From positions 1-52,698 of the IMG/VR virus record IMGVR_UViG_3300025102_000043: a DNA stretch of 52,698 bases; one strand, 5' to 3'. This document shows positions 17,501-26,576 of the stretch, in pieces; positions within the stretch are counted from its first letter, which is position 1; the number at the start of each line of letters is the position of its first letter. A model generated the notes under the pieces. It was not told the DNA's origin. It was given only the letters and a program-made list of their open reading frames with translations, and did not search any database. A program made the translations under genes and the position numbers. The DNA comes from a virus (Duplodnaviria; Caudoviricetes).

Positions 17501-20484
17501 ACAGTAGAGCTTCTTCCCTTTTCATCATAATAAACTAAACCAAATCTATGCCAAGCACCTACTTTAAAAGATGCTTTATCAGCAGCTAATTGTAGGGTGT
17601 TAGCATTGCTAATATTTACGTTTGTTTGTTCTTCCCAGTTATCAACATCTAAGTTTACAGCACCTTTAGCACCATCCCAAGAATTGTTTCCATTATATTG
17701 AACAGTGGATTGGTTACTCCTATATTTTCTACCAGAACCACCCCCTAAAGTGGAAACACCAAATTTATCGCCAGGAGCATCAACAGCAGAAAAATTTGTA
17801 CAGTTAGATAAACCACCTGCATCACTAACGTCTGCATGGTCTCCTTCATCTCCAGCACCATCTACATTTATCCATGAGTGTAAATTAGTAGTAGCTCCTC
17901 CAGGATGATTATGATATGGGGGTTGTATTGAAGAACCAAAAGGGTAATAGTAAGTATCTTTTTGCCTTTTGTCTGGGCATTCATCATCTGGGTATGGGTT
18001 ATTATTTCCATCACCATCATCTTGAACCTCTTGACCATAAGGAACCCACTCCATAAATAGAGCATTATTTGTACCATAACTAGTGTCTTCTTTATATATT
18101 TTTGCTAACCTCATTATAGCAGCTCCTTGTCTTTGATTACCTGTCCAGTCATAGGTATGCGTCTCAGTTCCTGAATTAACCATAAAGGTTGTATATACTT
18201 TACCTGGATTAGGACCATCTTTATGATATGGATTAAAAAACTCATGAGGCTCTCCATTTTCATAAAACTCTTGTGTGGTTCCTCTGTCATCATCTAATCC
18301 AGCACCACTAGGGTCTTGACTAAAGTTAGCCATCTTTTTTATATCTGTTATAAACTCATCAATAAGACCACCAACTCCACCACTAGAAACTTGCCTTGTT
18401 AAATCAAATTGAAAACCAAAATATTTAAAGTTTTTTGAAGTGTCTTGACCTGTATCATAATCTTGAAATGGATATCTAATTTTTATTCCTCTATTCAAAC
18501 CAGTCATGTTGGTGTTTCTTAAATAACTTTGATACCTTTCTCTATGTTGCATCTTTAATCTAAAAGCTTGACCTGACTCAACTATAGTTGGAAACTCTAT
18601 TCTAACAATACTTCTAGCTCCATTAGCATCTAATCCAAAAACTCTCCTACCCTTGCCAGCACTTATTCCATCACCTTCATCTGCATATTCAGTTGTTGCT
18701 CCAAGAGCTGTTGAACTTCCTGAAGGGTATGCGTATGCAACTGCATCTCTTTCATGCATAGCTGTATCTCCCACAACACCATATAAATATGTTGAACTTG
18801 TTCCTCTCCAGGGGCTAAAGTCACCTTCGTTTTGAATACCACCTCCTTCTAGTTCTATATTTTCACTATCACCCTCCCAGGAACCCTCTTCCATCTCCAC
18901 ATAGCTAAGAACATTGTCTACAACATTACCAAGAGCACTACCATCTTTTATAAAAACAGGAGATAAGTGAAAGTGTGGATTAACTTGGTCAAATCCATCT
19001 ATATAGTTTCCATATATAATTCTATTCTCATTTGCTATTTCTTGAGCCTTAGCTCTTTTAGGAACTTGGTCAAACAATTTGTCAAAAGCTATAGGGTCTA
19101 CTTGAGAGTAAACACCATCATTTCTAAAATCAATGTAACCAGATGGCATTTCAGAACGAACAACTGAAGAGCCATTTGCTGCCATAGACCTAATGTATGG
19201 TATGTTAACATTTGAAACAGAAGTCCATCCATATTGTGCGTCTGCAACAGAACTTCCATTTGAGTCAACAGTAATGCTATCAATATATCCAGCCTCTAGT
19301 GATGGGTCATAGGTAGCGTCATAGTAATTATTGTCTACTGTTGCTACTAAATAATATTCCCCTTTATTACCTTCATCTGGAGAGGTTTCTATATATGAAC
19401 ATTTTCTTGCTACAATTTCTATTTTATCAACATCAGAGGGTCCATTGTGATACCAAACTCTAATTTGATTATATGGATTCTGTTTCCCCTCATCTACTTT
19501 ATTTGTATAATATTGAGGTGCAGGAAGAACATAGCTCCATTCTGAATATGCACTTGTCTCGTTGTTTTTATAAATATATCTATAAGCAAATTGCCAAACA
19601 TGACCAAATAGATTATTTTTCTTATAAGCAAAATCAAAGTTTGCGTGAGCCTGTACAGACAATATACCTGCATTAGCAAATGTTATTCCACCAGCTGGTA
19701 CAGATTCAGAGGGTAAAGAAACTTCTTGAGCGTCTGTTAAAGTATTTGTATTTTGAGTTGATGAGGATATATTTCTTATTGGTGTTTGATGAAAGTATAT
19801 AGGGGGGTGTGGTCTATCTTTACATACATCAATGTATTTTAATTTATCTGTATAAGGTACATTTGCATTAACTCCATTATTATCACCACTAGCAGAATAA
19901 AACTCAAATGGGTACATTGTTTCTAAATTAAATGCAGTTGTTGGATTTACAGAATATGCACCACTATCGTAATACACAGCCCACCCAGCTTTAGCCATTT
20001 CTACATTTATATATTTAGGCTCATTATGTTTTTCTTCTCTTATTGGTGATACATAAGAATTATCACTAGTCCAATATAATAAATCACCTATTTTATTAAT
20101 ACCTGTTATTAAAGTATTTTCATCAAATCTAAGAACATTATTTGTTACATCACCACTATCTCTAAATACTGTTGAAACAACATCTGTGTTTATATTATAC
20201 TCAAGTATAGTATGATAAGCCCTTGTGTTAAATAAAAAATAATATATACAACTTTTAGGACTATCTTCATAGGAACCAATAACTTTGTAATCTAATTCTG
20301 TTCTAGGCATAAGTTGAGGAGATGCCTCTTTAACCATCCCTCTAACATTCTCTAGTAACTGAGAACTTCTATTTTCTGAGGATATTATTCGCACATTTTG
20401 AGCGTAGAAATAATCTCCATTAGGGTTTACCCTGGAATCATCATCTCTATTAAGTCCACCTTGAAAGTTCCTTTTGTCTTGCAT
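14506..20484 (-). CDS. Tail muzzle/stabilisation protein (P22 gp10-like, crAss-like type) with large insertions
   Basis: N-terminal F.GGLN.DDD...Y.YAQNVR; LYWTSD..EPKYIN; QFAYRY; RIIYGNY; FGLVYYDEKGRS; GSIQKL; YFTD..KGAVLRL; directly after the ring genes. Confidence 0.8.
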   Translation of the reverse strand: MQDKRNFQGGLNRDDDSRVNPNGDYFYAQNVRIISSENRSSQLLENVRGMVKEASPQLMPRTELDYKVIGSYEDSPKSCIYYFLFNTRAYHTILEYNINTDVVSTVFRDSGDVTNNVLRFDENTLITGINKIGDLLYWTSDNSYVSPIREEKHNEPKYINVEMAKAGWAVYYDSGAYSVNPTTAFNLETMYPFEFYSASGDNNGVNANVPYTDKLKYIDVCKDRPHPPIYFHQTPIRNISSSTQNTNTLTDAQEVSLPSESVPAGGITFANAGILSVQAHANFDFAYKKNNLFGHVWQFAYRYIYKNNETSAYSEWSYVLPAPQYYTNKVDEGKQNPYNQIRVWYHNGPSDVDKIEIVARKCSYIETSPDEGNKGEYYLVATVDNNYYDATYDPSLEAGYIDSITVDSNGSSVADAQYGWTSVSNVNIPYIRSMAANGSSVVRSEMPSGYIDFRNDGVYSQVDPIAFDKLFDQVPKRAKAQEIANENRIIYGNYIDGFDQVNPHFHLSPVFIKDGSALGNVVDNVLSYVEMEEGSWEGDSENIELEGGGIQNEGDFSPWRGTSSTYLYGVVGDTAMHERDAVAYAYPSGSSTALGATTEYADEGDGISAGKGRRVFGLDANGARSIVRIEFPTIVESGQAFRLKMQHRERYQSYLRNTNMTGLNRGIKIRYPFQDYDTGQDTSKNFKYFGFQFDLTRQVSSGGVGGLIDEFITDIKKMANFSQDPSGAGLDDDRGTTQEFYENGEPHEFFNPYHKDGPNPGKVYTTFMVNSGTETHTYDWTGNQRQGAAIMRLAKIYKEDTSYGTNNALFMEWVPYGQEVQDDGDGNNNPYPDDECPDKRQKDTYYYPFGSSIQPPYHNHPGGATTNLHSWINVDGAGDEGDHADVSDAGGLSNCTNFSAVDAPGDKFGVSTLGGGSGRKYRSNQSTVQYNGNNSWDGAKGAVNLDVDNWEEQTNVNISNANTLQLAADKASFKVGAWHRFGLVYYDEKGRSSTVMLNTLDSSDSTYDRNSSCYVDFPNEKKYAMGPVTGQFLTTNPSAISTELLTDPEKLNPGSIYWKIFHKPPIWAKYYHWAYARNTSVGKYMQFIVDNAYINMGKKAGTTQAEAEADTKLYISLNTMDGRDWSYSEKDKSLIGDWSFAEGDRVRLITKGANFANALFEKYFDLKISDVGHFPGRFELGGTNMDETKKVSDSPVGGNATQDAIEGKFIIIADPNIADFDKSTANSDGVLPNWHKVIVEIYRPKKNLNEELTLYHEFSERHLIGNPGADNRFHMGGLANQGQVYVNEKTLSTPAEGIFKRGDVWWKSRFFTSLDQDGNVAILGSQQYESYFLNDFMQTNHCNIGRPHVYSTFAKEQRREATLTYSDVFQPDTQYNGLHSFNFSQRPYMDYDLSLGSIQKLVNRDTNLVLMQEKKISEVLVSKSIITSPSGDEGISLSNNVLPQTATPFGGDFGVSLNPESVAVHEKTIYFTDIRKGAVLRLGGNGLTVVSDYKMKDFFRDKMDQYQSILLSEYQEKLGGGLFILGGYDRRHGDYLVTFPGIYSTEKSTTKPQRMAFFNTNNNNFNAESVNFENRKATRSVKTKIRDIDKFTPEEDDRPEQQINGREYVLTSSPQTLAFNESSNRWTSFYTFYPEYYGTLNRVFISFKNGDLYKHDSDPDNHNMFYDNPYPEESVISTPFNNDVSTVKTWNVLSIEGSSKKESIPIISTNSNGEPATVTATSGSATLVGVNTDFQNNDFMVGDSVFYNDEGTLITLGVITAITNGTNMNTSIGEVNAFITASSTASGAALNNLFVISADNTAYETKLETNINTTSLTHRLSYRNDEAGNLFPGNWVEREEILSSNIPFGETNTSGGEYIGLGHVSSNNGNEEIFGSTTWSALVGGVVQGTTTNTTFTTAGISVGDLIYYDNIGTETLIGVIDTIDEDRMITLASNATATLANTFMFVKRNSTIEGDRLKGHYMDTTLTKRTKDKMNMFAVNANTINSELSNK

Positions 20485-20488
20485 TTAT

Positions 20489-21202
20489 TTATATTTTAGG
20501 AGCTTGCTTAAACGACTTTCTTATAGTCTGTAAAGCTTCTTGTTTAGTAAAGCTTAACATTCTAGCTCTAGCAAGTCTCTTTTGATTATACCAGTCAGCT
20601 TTAGCAGAGGTTTTTTCTCCTGCGTCTGCTCCTCTTTTTCTATGTATAGATTTCCAATATATATAAGCTCTCATAGCGTCAGCCATAAATTCATGAACCA
20701 CCACATCTCCCTCTGTTGGATGTATAAAAGAATTAGATATATATTCTAATATTATTTTTTTACCTGAAAGAGAAGATGTAAATTGTATTGTTGAGTTTTC
20801 TAAATCAACCCTGTAATATCCATTAGCATTGTTTCCTCCACCAACTCCATACTCTTGAGAATACTCAAAATATGTAGGATTTAATTCATCATCATTAGCA
20901 ACTGCATCATTTGCTGCAGTAGATATTAATGATTTTTCATTTCTTAAACCAAGTGGGTGAACATCTCCATCTGCACCACGCACACCTATCTTAGTATATT
21001 TTACATAATCATTAGGTAGGTTTACAGTTAATGTATTAGAATCAATAATTAACTCAACTGTTTTTACACCACCAGCTACGTCAAAATTTAATTCTTTCAT
21101 TCCATTCATTCCTAGTTTAAAATATCTAAGAAAATCATTCTCACTTGTTTTACCTTCCTCCACTAAAAGGTCGTTTATTATTTCTTTTAATTTTATATAC
21201 AT
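20489..21202 (-). CDS. Tail ring/tubular adaptor protein (P22 gp4-like)
   Basis: LPNDYVKYTKIG...ILEYIS...AYIYW; position between head and muzzle genes. Confidence 0.7.
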   Translation of the reverse strand: MYIKLKEIINDLLVEEGKTSENDFLRYFKLGMNGMKELNFDVAGGVKTVELIIDSNTLTVNLPNDYVKYTKIGVRGADGDVHPLGLRNEKSLISTAANDAVANDDELNPTYFEYSQEYGVGGGNNANGYYRVDLENSTIQFTSSLSGKKIILEYISNSFIHPTEGDVVVHEFMADAMRAYIYWKSIHRKRGADAGEKTSAKADWYNQKRLARARMLSFTKQEALQTIRKSFKQAPKI

Positions 21203-22887
21203 TATGTTATATCTACGTTATCATTTGTTAAATCTTCTTTAGCTGCCCTCATAGATGTAAACGTAGCAACTAGAGATGTTATCATTTCTGATATTGCATC
21301 AGATGGAATAGGAAACTGGTCTCTCCAACCTAACTCTCCTGATTTTGCAATCATCCAAACAGAAACTTGACTATGGGCTCCTCTTTTAGCATCTCCTACT
21401 TCTAGTCCAAAATCAGCTTCTTCATTATAAAAGTATAATCTTGGTGATGATTGTGGGGGTATGTGATTGACTGAATTGCTACCACCCTGTTGTCTATACC
21501 AGTATTTTCTACCACTTAAAGCTATAGCACTATCATACATATTAGAATATACACCTGGGTTAGGCATTCTAAAATAACAATCTAATTGTCTATAATTAGC
21601 TCTCCTTGATTCTCCAGGACTCTGTGTAAAAGTAACTGTATTTGAAGCACCATCAGCCCCTGGAAGGGTTAATGTATATAAAACATGATGAATACCACCT
21701 AAAGCAAATGTTTCTGAAAGAGCTATCATTCCTGGTGCTGCTGGGGTAGTTAATGCTGTAATACCATATTGTTTTAATATACCTCCAAATTTATTAATCC
21801 ACATTTTTACTAAATGAACATTTCTAATTCCATTATATGTAGAGTCAAGAACACCATCACCATTTGAATCAAAATTTTCTGTAGCTCCATACCCATCTAA
21901 CGCATGCATTTCACTTAAACTTATATCTATGTAACAGTTTAAAACAGATGAATTTTTTGCTTTAACACCCAATGTGTCTGCTTCCATACTGTGCAAGTTG
22001 TTGTTTTTAGGATAATAAATTGTCATTCCAAAACTAAATTCTGGAGAAACATCTGTAGTCATTTCAGCCCAAGAAGTAGCATTTCCAGGGTTAGCAGAAG
22101 CAGTAAAATTAACTATTTCCTCATTTGTTAACACAGACTTTATACTCATGTTACTATCTCCTGTTGGACCAAAACTTTGAGATAAATCATTGCTTTGAAA
22201 AATAAATCTATTTTGAGATGAATTATCTTGTGGGTGAATAATTAATTTATTAGACTCTAAAAAATCTACAAAGTCTGAATTTTTAAGCAAACTATAAACA
22301 ATCCACATTGGTTTTAAATTATACTCTGAAACTATATTTTGTGTTTGTTGAGAGTCATAATCTACATAATCAAAAGTAAATTGATATTTTCTTAAAGTTG
22401 TATCACTTTGACCATGACTAAAAGAGATTAAAAATTTTCTACCTATATTATGTGTTCCAGTTTTTAAACTAAACATAAAATAAGCACTAAATGGAGTAGA
22501 ACTTGAAGCAGGAACATCTGGTGGAGCTATTAAATATGAATCTGTTAAGCCTCTTGCGTAACCATCATCCATTTTACAAACTCTATATATACCACCATCG
22601 TTTGGGAGGTTTATTGGCATTTGGTCTAGCACAACATAAGGTCTACCTCTACCATAAGTGCCTGTAGTGTCATTTTGAACTGTTAAAGTTCTTACGCTAA
22701 GAAATTCATTAGGTATTTCATTCTCACCTATTGTTGCATTTTCCATTACAGTTTTCCTAGCTAAAGCATCTCTTTCATGCTCCATTAAAACTCCAACTTC
22801 TTGAAGAGTTACTTTTGCATCATCACTTATGCCACCACCATTAACTATTCTTAATACTTGTTCTGCTATTTGTTTTTTTGTTGCCAT
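21202..22887 (-). CDS. Tail ring-like protein with a large central insertion
   Basis: N-terminal QIAEQVLRIV.GG.ISDD...PINLP and C-terminal FPIP..AISEMI resemble ring proteins; about twice the length of its neighbours. Confidence 0.55.
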   Translation of the reverse strand: MATKKQIAEQVLRIVNGGGISDDAKVTLQEVGVLMEHERDALARKTVMENATIGENEIPNEFLSVRTLTVQNDTTGTYGRGRPYVVLDQMPINLPNDGGIYRVCKMDDGYARGLTDSYLIAPPDVPASSSTPFSAYFMFSLKTGTHNIGRKFLISFSHGQSDTTLRKYQFTFDYVDYDSQQTQNIVSEYNLKPMWIVYSLLKNSDFVDFLESNKLIIHPQDNSSQNRFIFQSNDLSQSFGPTGDSNMSIKSVLTNEEIVNFTASANPGNATSWAEMTTDVSPEFSFGMTIYYPKNNNLHSMEADTLGVKAKNSSVLNCYIDISLSEMHALDGYGATENFDSNGDGVLDSTYNGIRNVHLVKMWINKFGGILKQYGITALTTPAAPGMIALSETFALGGIHHVLYTLTLPGADGASNTVTFTQSPGESRRANYRQLDCYFRMPNPGVYSNMYDSAIALSGRKYWYRQQGGSNSVNHIPPQSSPRLYFYNEEADFGLEVGDAKRGAHSQVSVWMIAKSGELGWRDQFPIPSDAISEMITSLVATFTSMRAAKEDLTNDNVDIT

Positions 22888-23582
22888 TATTTATTTTGTT
22901 CTAGCACTGATGCTGTTCCATATTCAACTATTGTTGCTTCTCTTAATGCTACTCCTAAGTAGGAAAGTATTCTATGAGCAATTTCTTTATGTGTACTTTC
23001 AGGCAATGTCAACTGAACTGAGTTTGTTGGGTTATAAATTTCAATATTGTTTACTGTAGAAAAAGACCATATTGGGTCAGGTGGATTTTTAATATAAGTA
23101 AGTCTAAAACTACCTTCATCTTCGCTATCTTCTCCAATAAAAATTCTAATACCTGCATTAGAAACAACCCCACAAGGGAAAAATTCTGATGGAGGGTTTA
23201 AGTCACTTTGCCTTCTTATTTCTAATTCTTCAATATTCATCATATCAACCATAACTCCTTCAAACTTAGCAGCTACAAAATATAAATAATCACCAGTTGC
23301 AAATATATCAGTTGCACCATCAGCTAAAAATCTAAAATCTCCAGTACCATCATTAGTAATTATAGTGTTATATGAAATAGAAGGTCTTAACTCATCCCAT
23401 AATTGAGAATTTTGTTTATAACCATTTACAATACCATCTCCTGAAGCAGAACCATATCTATCTTTAATAAGGTCAAGCTGTGCCCTTTTAGCTAAAAGAT
23501 TAAATTCAGAAGGTTTTATCCACCCTCTATTCTCTTTGTTAGCTAATAATTTTACAAACTTATATAATTCATCTATTGTCAT
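22887..23582 (-). CDS. Tail ring/adaptor protein
   Basis: LANKENRGWIKPSEFNLLAKRAQLD...TYIKNPPDPIW...IL.YLGV, typical of crAss-related ring proteins. Confidence 0.7.
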   Translation of the reverse strand: MTIDELYKFVKLLANKENRGWIKPSEFNLLAKRAQLDLIKDRYGSASGDGIVNGYKQNSQLWDELRPSISYNTIITNDGTGDFRFLADGATDIFATGDYLYFVAAKFEGVMVDMMNIEELEIRRQSDLNPPSEFFPCGVVSNAGIRIFIGEDSEDEGSFRLTYIKNPPDPIWSFSTVNNIEIYNPTNSVQLTLPESTHKEIAHRILSYLGVALREATIVEYGTASVLEQNK

Positions 23583-23587
23583 AAGTA

Positions 23588-23595
23588 CAAATATA
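23588..23595 (-). promoter_or_regulatory. TATATTTG promoter element
   Basis: Exact match just downstream of a terminator and 5 nt upstream of ATG 23582. Confidence 0.7.
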
Positions 23596-23597
23596 AC

Positions 23598-23636
23598 AAA
23601 AAAAAGGGGGCTACAAAAGCAACCCCCTCTAAAAAA
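23598..23636 (-). terminator. Intrinsic terminator
   Basis: GGGGG...CCCCC stem followed by a T-tract on the minus strand, after 23654..24589. Confidence 0.75.
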
Positions 23637-23653
23637 CAGATATGAATGTTTTA

Positions 23654-24589
23654 TTAACTATTAAATTTGTCTATTTGCTTCTTCATTTCAGCTAAAACAA
23701 GTTGACCTTCTTTGTCAATACAGAATCCTGCAAAGTGGTCTAAAGGTTTTTTACCAATAGGAACGTGGCATATTAAAGAGGTTTGGTCACCCTTTTTCCA
23801 AGACACTCTATTTGGTTCCATTAAAATAATAGCATAATCTTGAGCATTTAAAATAACTTCTTTAATAGATGTCATTGGATTATCTAGTCCAGCTATAAAA
23901 GACATTGGAGATTTTTTGGCTAATATTCTCATATCATATCTAATTTCCTCTGTACTCTTCTCAACATTAACACCTAAAACTTTAGCGTATCCAATTAGTT
24001 TACTAATAGGCATTTTAAGAGCTAAAGACATAGCATCTATTTCTTTCAACTCTTTATTTATAATTGCTTTAGCGTCCCTAGATTTATCAACTCTTTCAAA
24101 TGTAGCTCTCCTATCTTTCATTCTATTAGGATTGTTTTTATTTGAATTACAGTTATCTAAATAATTTACAAGTGTAGGGTTTTGATTGTTTACAACTAAA
24201 ACTCCTTCAGTAAAAATAATAGGTGATTTAACTTTTGCATTTTCTTTTTGTTCATCTTCATATATAGAAGACTCTCCAGGTATATACCTAATTTTTCTAT
24301 TTACACCTTTTATTGGGTCAAATATAATATCTTCAGCTTTCATCATAGAAACAATAGGATGTTGTTTTTTATTTGTACCTGGTATTCTCTTTCCACCAAT
24401 AAGTTGAAATATAACTGGCTTTTCAGATTTTTTACCAAAACTTGGATTAACAAAAGGGTTTTTGATAGTTTTCTTTGGCATTGGTGGTACTTTAAATTCC
24501 ACCTCTGCTGGGCTCGCCACAATAGTTTCAGTAGCTACTGCTACATCTTCTGTGGTCTTTTTCTTTGGGAATGTTTTTTTCTTATTCAT
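23654..24589 (-). CDS. Conserved head-module hypothetical protein
   Basis: 311 aa downstream of the capsid genes; RKIRY...SIYEDEQ...IIF.EG.L.V. Confidence 0.6.
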   Translation of the reverse strand: MNKKKTFPKKKTTEDVAVATETIVASPAEVEFKVPPMPKKTIKNPFVNPSFGKKSEKPVIFQLIGGKRIPGTNKKQHPIVSMMKAEDIIFDPIKGVNRKIRYIPGESSIYEDEQKENAKVKSPIIFTEGVLVVNNQNPTLVNYLDNCNSNKNNPNRMKDRRATFERVDKSRDAKAIINKELKEIDAMSLALKMPISKLIGYAKVLGVNVEKSTEEIRYDMRILAKKSPMSFIAGLDNPMTSIKEVILNAQDYAIILMEPNRVSWKKGDQTSLICHVPIGKKPLDHFAGFCIDKEGQLVLAEMKKQIDKFNS

Positions 24590-24628
24590 TTTATTAAATA
24601 TTAAATTAAAATTAAAATTAACATCTTT

Positions 24629-24653
24629 GGAAAGGGGAGAAACTCCCCTCTCC
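24629..24653. other. GC-rich hairpin after the capsid genes (attenuator or processing site)
   Basis: GGAAAGGGGAG-AAA-CTCCCCTCTCC; no clear U-tract. Confidence 0.5.
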
Positions 24654-24706
24654 TTAGATATGTTCTTTAGACTGCCTGTATATCATTTCAAGACAGTTCG
24701 CAATTA

Positions 24707-25066
24707 TTACGATGCGTCAATTACATCAATACTAGCACAAGCTGTAATATGTGTACTGCAAAATGCTGAATTTTCAGAATCTGCAATATTCACAAATGAA
24801 TTGTTTCCAGCGATTGAAGGCTCTGTTAAAGCTTTAGCTATATCTTGACAGGCTTCTTTGTGTTTGCCAGTAGCAACTGTTAAAACGATAACTGTTTTGT
24901 TTACTGCGTCTGCCTCCACTTCTTGCATAGAGTCAAAGTAAACTCTCATCTGTGTAGATGTTGCCATCTCAAAGTGTATTAGCTTACTAACAGGAAACAT
25001 AGCTACCTCTTCACCAGCAGCGTTGTCATCAACAGCAGCAGTTGCGAAATATAAATATCTATTCAT
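24707..25066 (-). CDS. Probable auxiliary/decoration capsid protein
   Basis: 119 aa directly downstream of the major capsid gene; Ala-rich; function inferred from position. Confidence 0.5.
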   Translation of the reverse strand: MNRYLYFATAAVDDNAAGEEVAMFPVSKLIHFEMATSTQMRVYFDSMQEVEADAVNKTVIVLTVATGKHKEACQDIAKALTEPSIAGNNSFVNIADSENSAFCSTHITACASIDVIDAS

Positions 25067-25091
25067 TGTATAAAGTTTATAAGGTTAATAA

Positions 25092-26528
25092 TTAAGATTT
25101 CTTGATTAACATAAATCTGTTTGGTGCAAAACCTTCAAATCCTCTCTCAGTTCTATAATGAGACTTTAAGTGGTCTTGTTCGTTAGTTTTGTTCTTCAAT
25201 ACAGCAGAACCTGTTAACCAGTGTTCCATCTCTCTTGAGTAACCATTTGCAGCTTTATATCTGATTCTAAGTGATGGTATTTTAGAGCCACTCTTAGCGT
25301 CTCTTTGAGTATCCATAGGAATACACATACCATAACCTGAATAGTTTTGACCAGCAGCTCCTAGCAATTTAGGGTGATTAAACACGTCATAAGTTTTCTT
25401 ATGGAATGTATATCCACCTCTAGTGAAAGAGTTAAACCCTAAATTTAGAGCCATATCTTTCTTGTTTTGGAACGTACCATAATTAGCACCACCTGCAGCA
25501 TATGCTCCTTGTGCAGCTAATAAGTCATCAATATCCATAGATAAGTCAATACCAGCATAAAGAGCCATTTCTTTAGCACCTCTATACTTGTCCAAAGACT
25601 TAACCATAGCATCAAAATCTGCCATAGTAATTGAAGCAGAACCTAAATCCATAGACTGACCTTTACTTTCAATAAAAGAAAGCAGACCTTCAGTTCCTCT
25701 CATAGTCCCACCAGCAGTGGTAGAAATACCAGCATTAGAATTTGTTTGCCCAATGATTAATTGTAACTCACAATAATCTAAGAATCTTTTATAAGTATCA
25801 GCTTCACCTTTTAAGTACCATAAGTAACCAGAACCCATCTTTTCGTTATCCACTTTAAAGTAGATTACGTTAGTTGCTTCTGTACCAGACACCTCAAAAG
25901 ATTCCTTGATAATCATACACTCATTTGTATAAGTGTGGACTCTAGGCATTAATGATGATGGTTGAACTGAGTTTTCTCCATGCATGTTACCAACAATACT
26001 ATATCTTCCTTGAGTTGAAACTGCCATATTTGGAGTTCCATCTAAAGCAGATAATGTAGGGTTACCATTCGCAGCTACTGATTGTACAAACATTAATTCA
26101 CCATTTGGAGCTAATAATACGTCATTTGCTCTTACTGGAGTATCTGTGTTTGTTCCATCAATAGACGCATCAGGCGTACCAGGTGTTCCTGTTAAACCCT
26201 GTGGGTCAGTGTTATCTTCTGATGCATAAACAAATACATCTGAAGTACCACCATACGAACCTGGAGATGTTAATAATACTGAGTTATGAATGAATGCTTC
26301 TTCATAATGCTCAAATTTTGTTTGGGTTGTTTCTTTCTTGGCACCCACCAATTCTAAAAGACCAGTAATACCTTGACTACCATATCTTTTAACAAAGTTC
26401 TCATCTACGTCTCGCTTATGCATAGCTAAAGCAGCAGTAGTTAGAGCACTTACGTAATTGTCCTGGGTAGCTAACGCAACACTTGTTGGGTTTAAAACCA
26501 TCCCAGTACCTAAACTTACACTTGCCAT
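25092..26528 (-). CDS. Major capsid protein
   Basis: 478 aa after portal and scaffold-like genes; IIKESFEVSG, GTEGLLSFIES.G, LNLGFNSF.RGGYTFHK, C-terminal HYRTERGFEGFAPNRF. Confidence 0.88.
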   Translation of the reverse strand: MASVSLGTGMVLNPTSVALATQDNYVSALTTAALAMHKRDVDENFVKRYGSQGITGLLELVGAKKETTQTKFEHYEEAFIHNSVLLTSPGSYGGTSDVFVYASEDNTDPQGLTGTPGTPDASIDGTNTDTPVRANDVLLAPNGELMFVQSVAANGNPTLSALDGTPNMAVSTQGRYSIVGNMHGENSVQPSSLMPRVHTYTNECMIIKESFEVSGTEATNVIYFKVDNEKMGSGYLWYLKGEADTYKRFLDYCELQLIIGQTNSNAGISTTAGGTMRGTEGLLSFIESKGQSMDLGSASITMADFDAMVKSLDKYRGAKEMALYAGIDLSMDIDDLLAAQGAYAAGGANYGTFQNKKDMALNLGFNSFTRGGYTFHKKTYDVFNHPKLLGAAGQNYSGYGMCIPMDTQRDAKSGSKIPSLRIRYKAANGYSREMEHWLTGSAVLKNKTNEQDHLKSHYRTERGFEGFAPNRFMLIKKS

Positions 26529-26576
26529 AATTTTATAATTTTAGTTGTTATTTAATAATTTTTTTAATACACGTTT

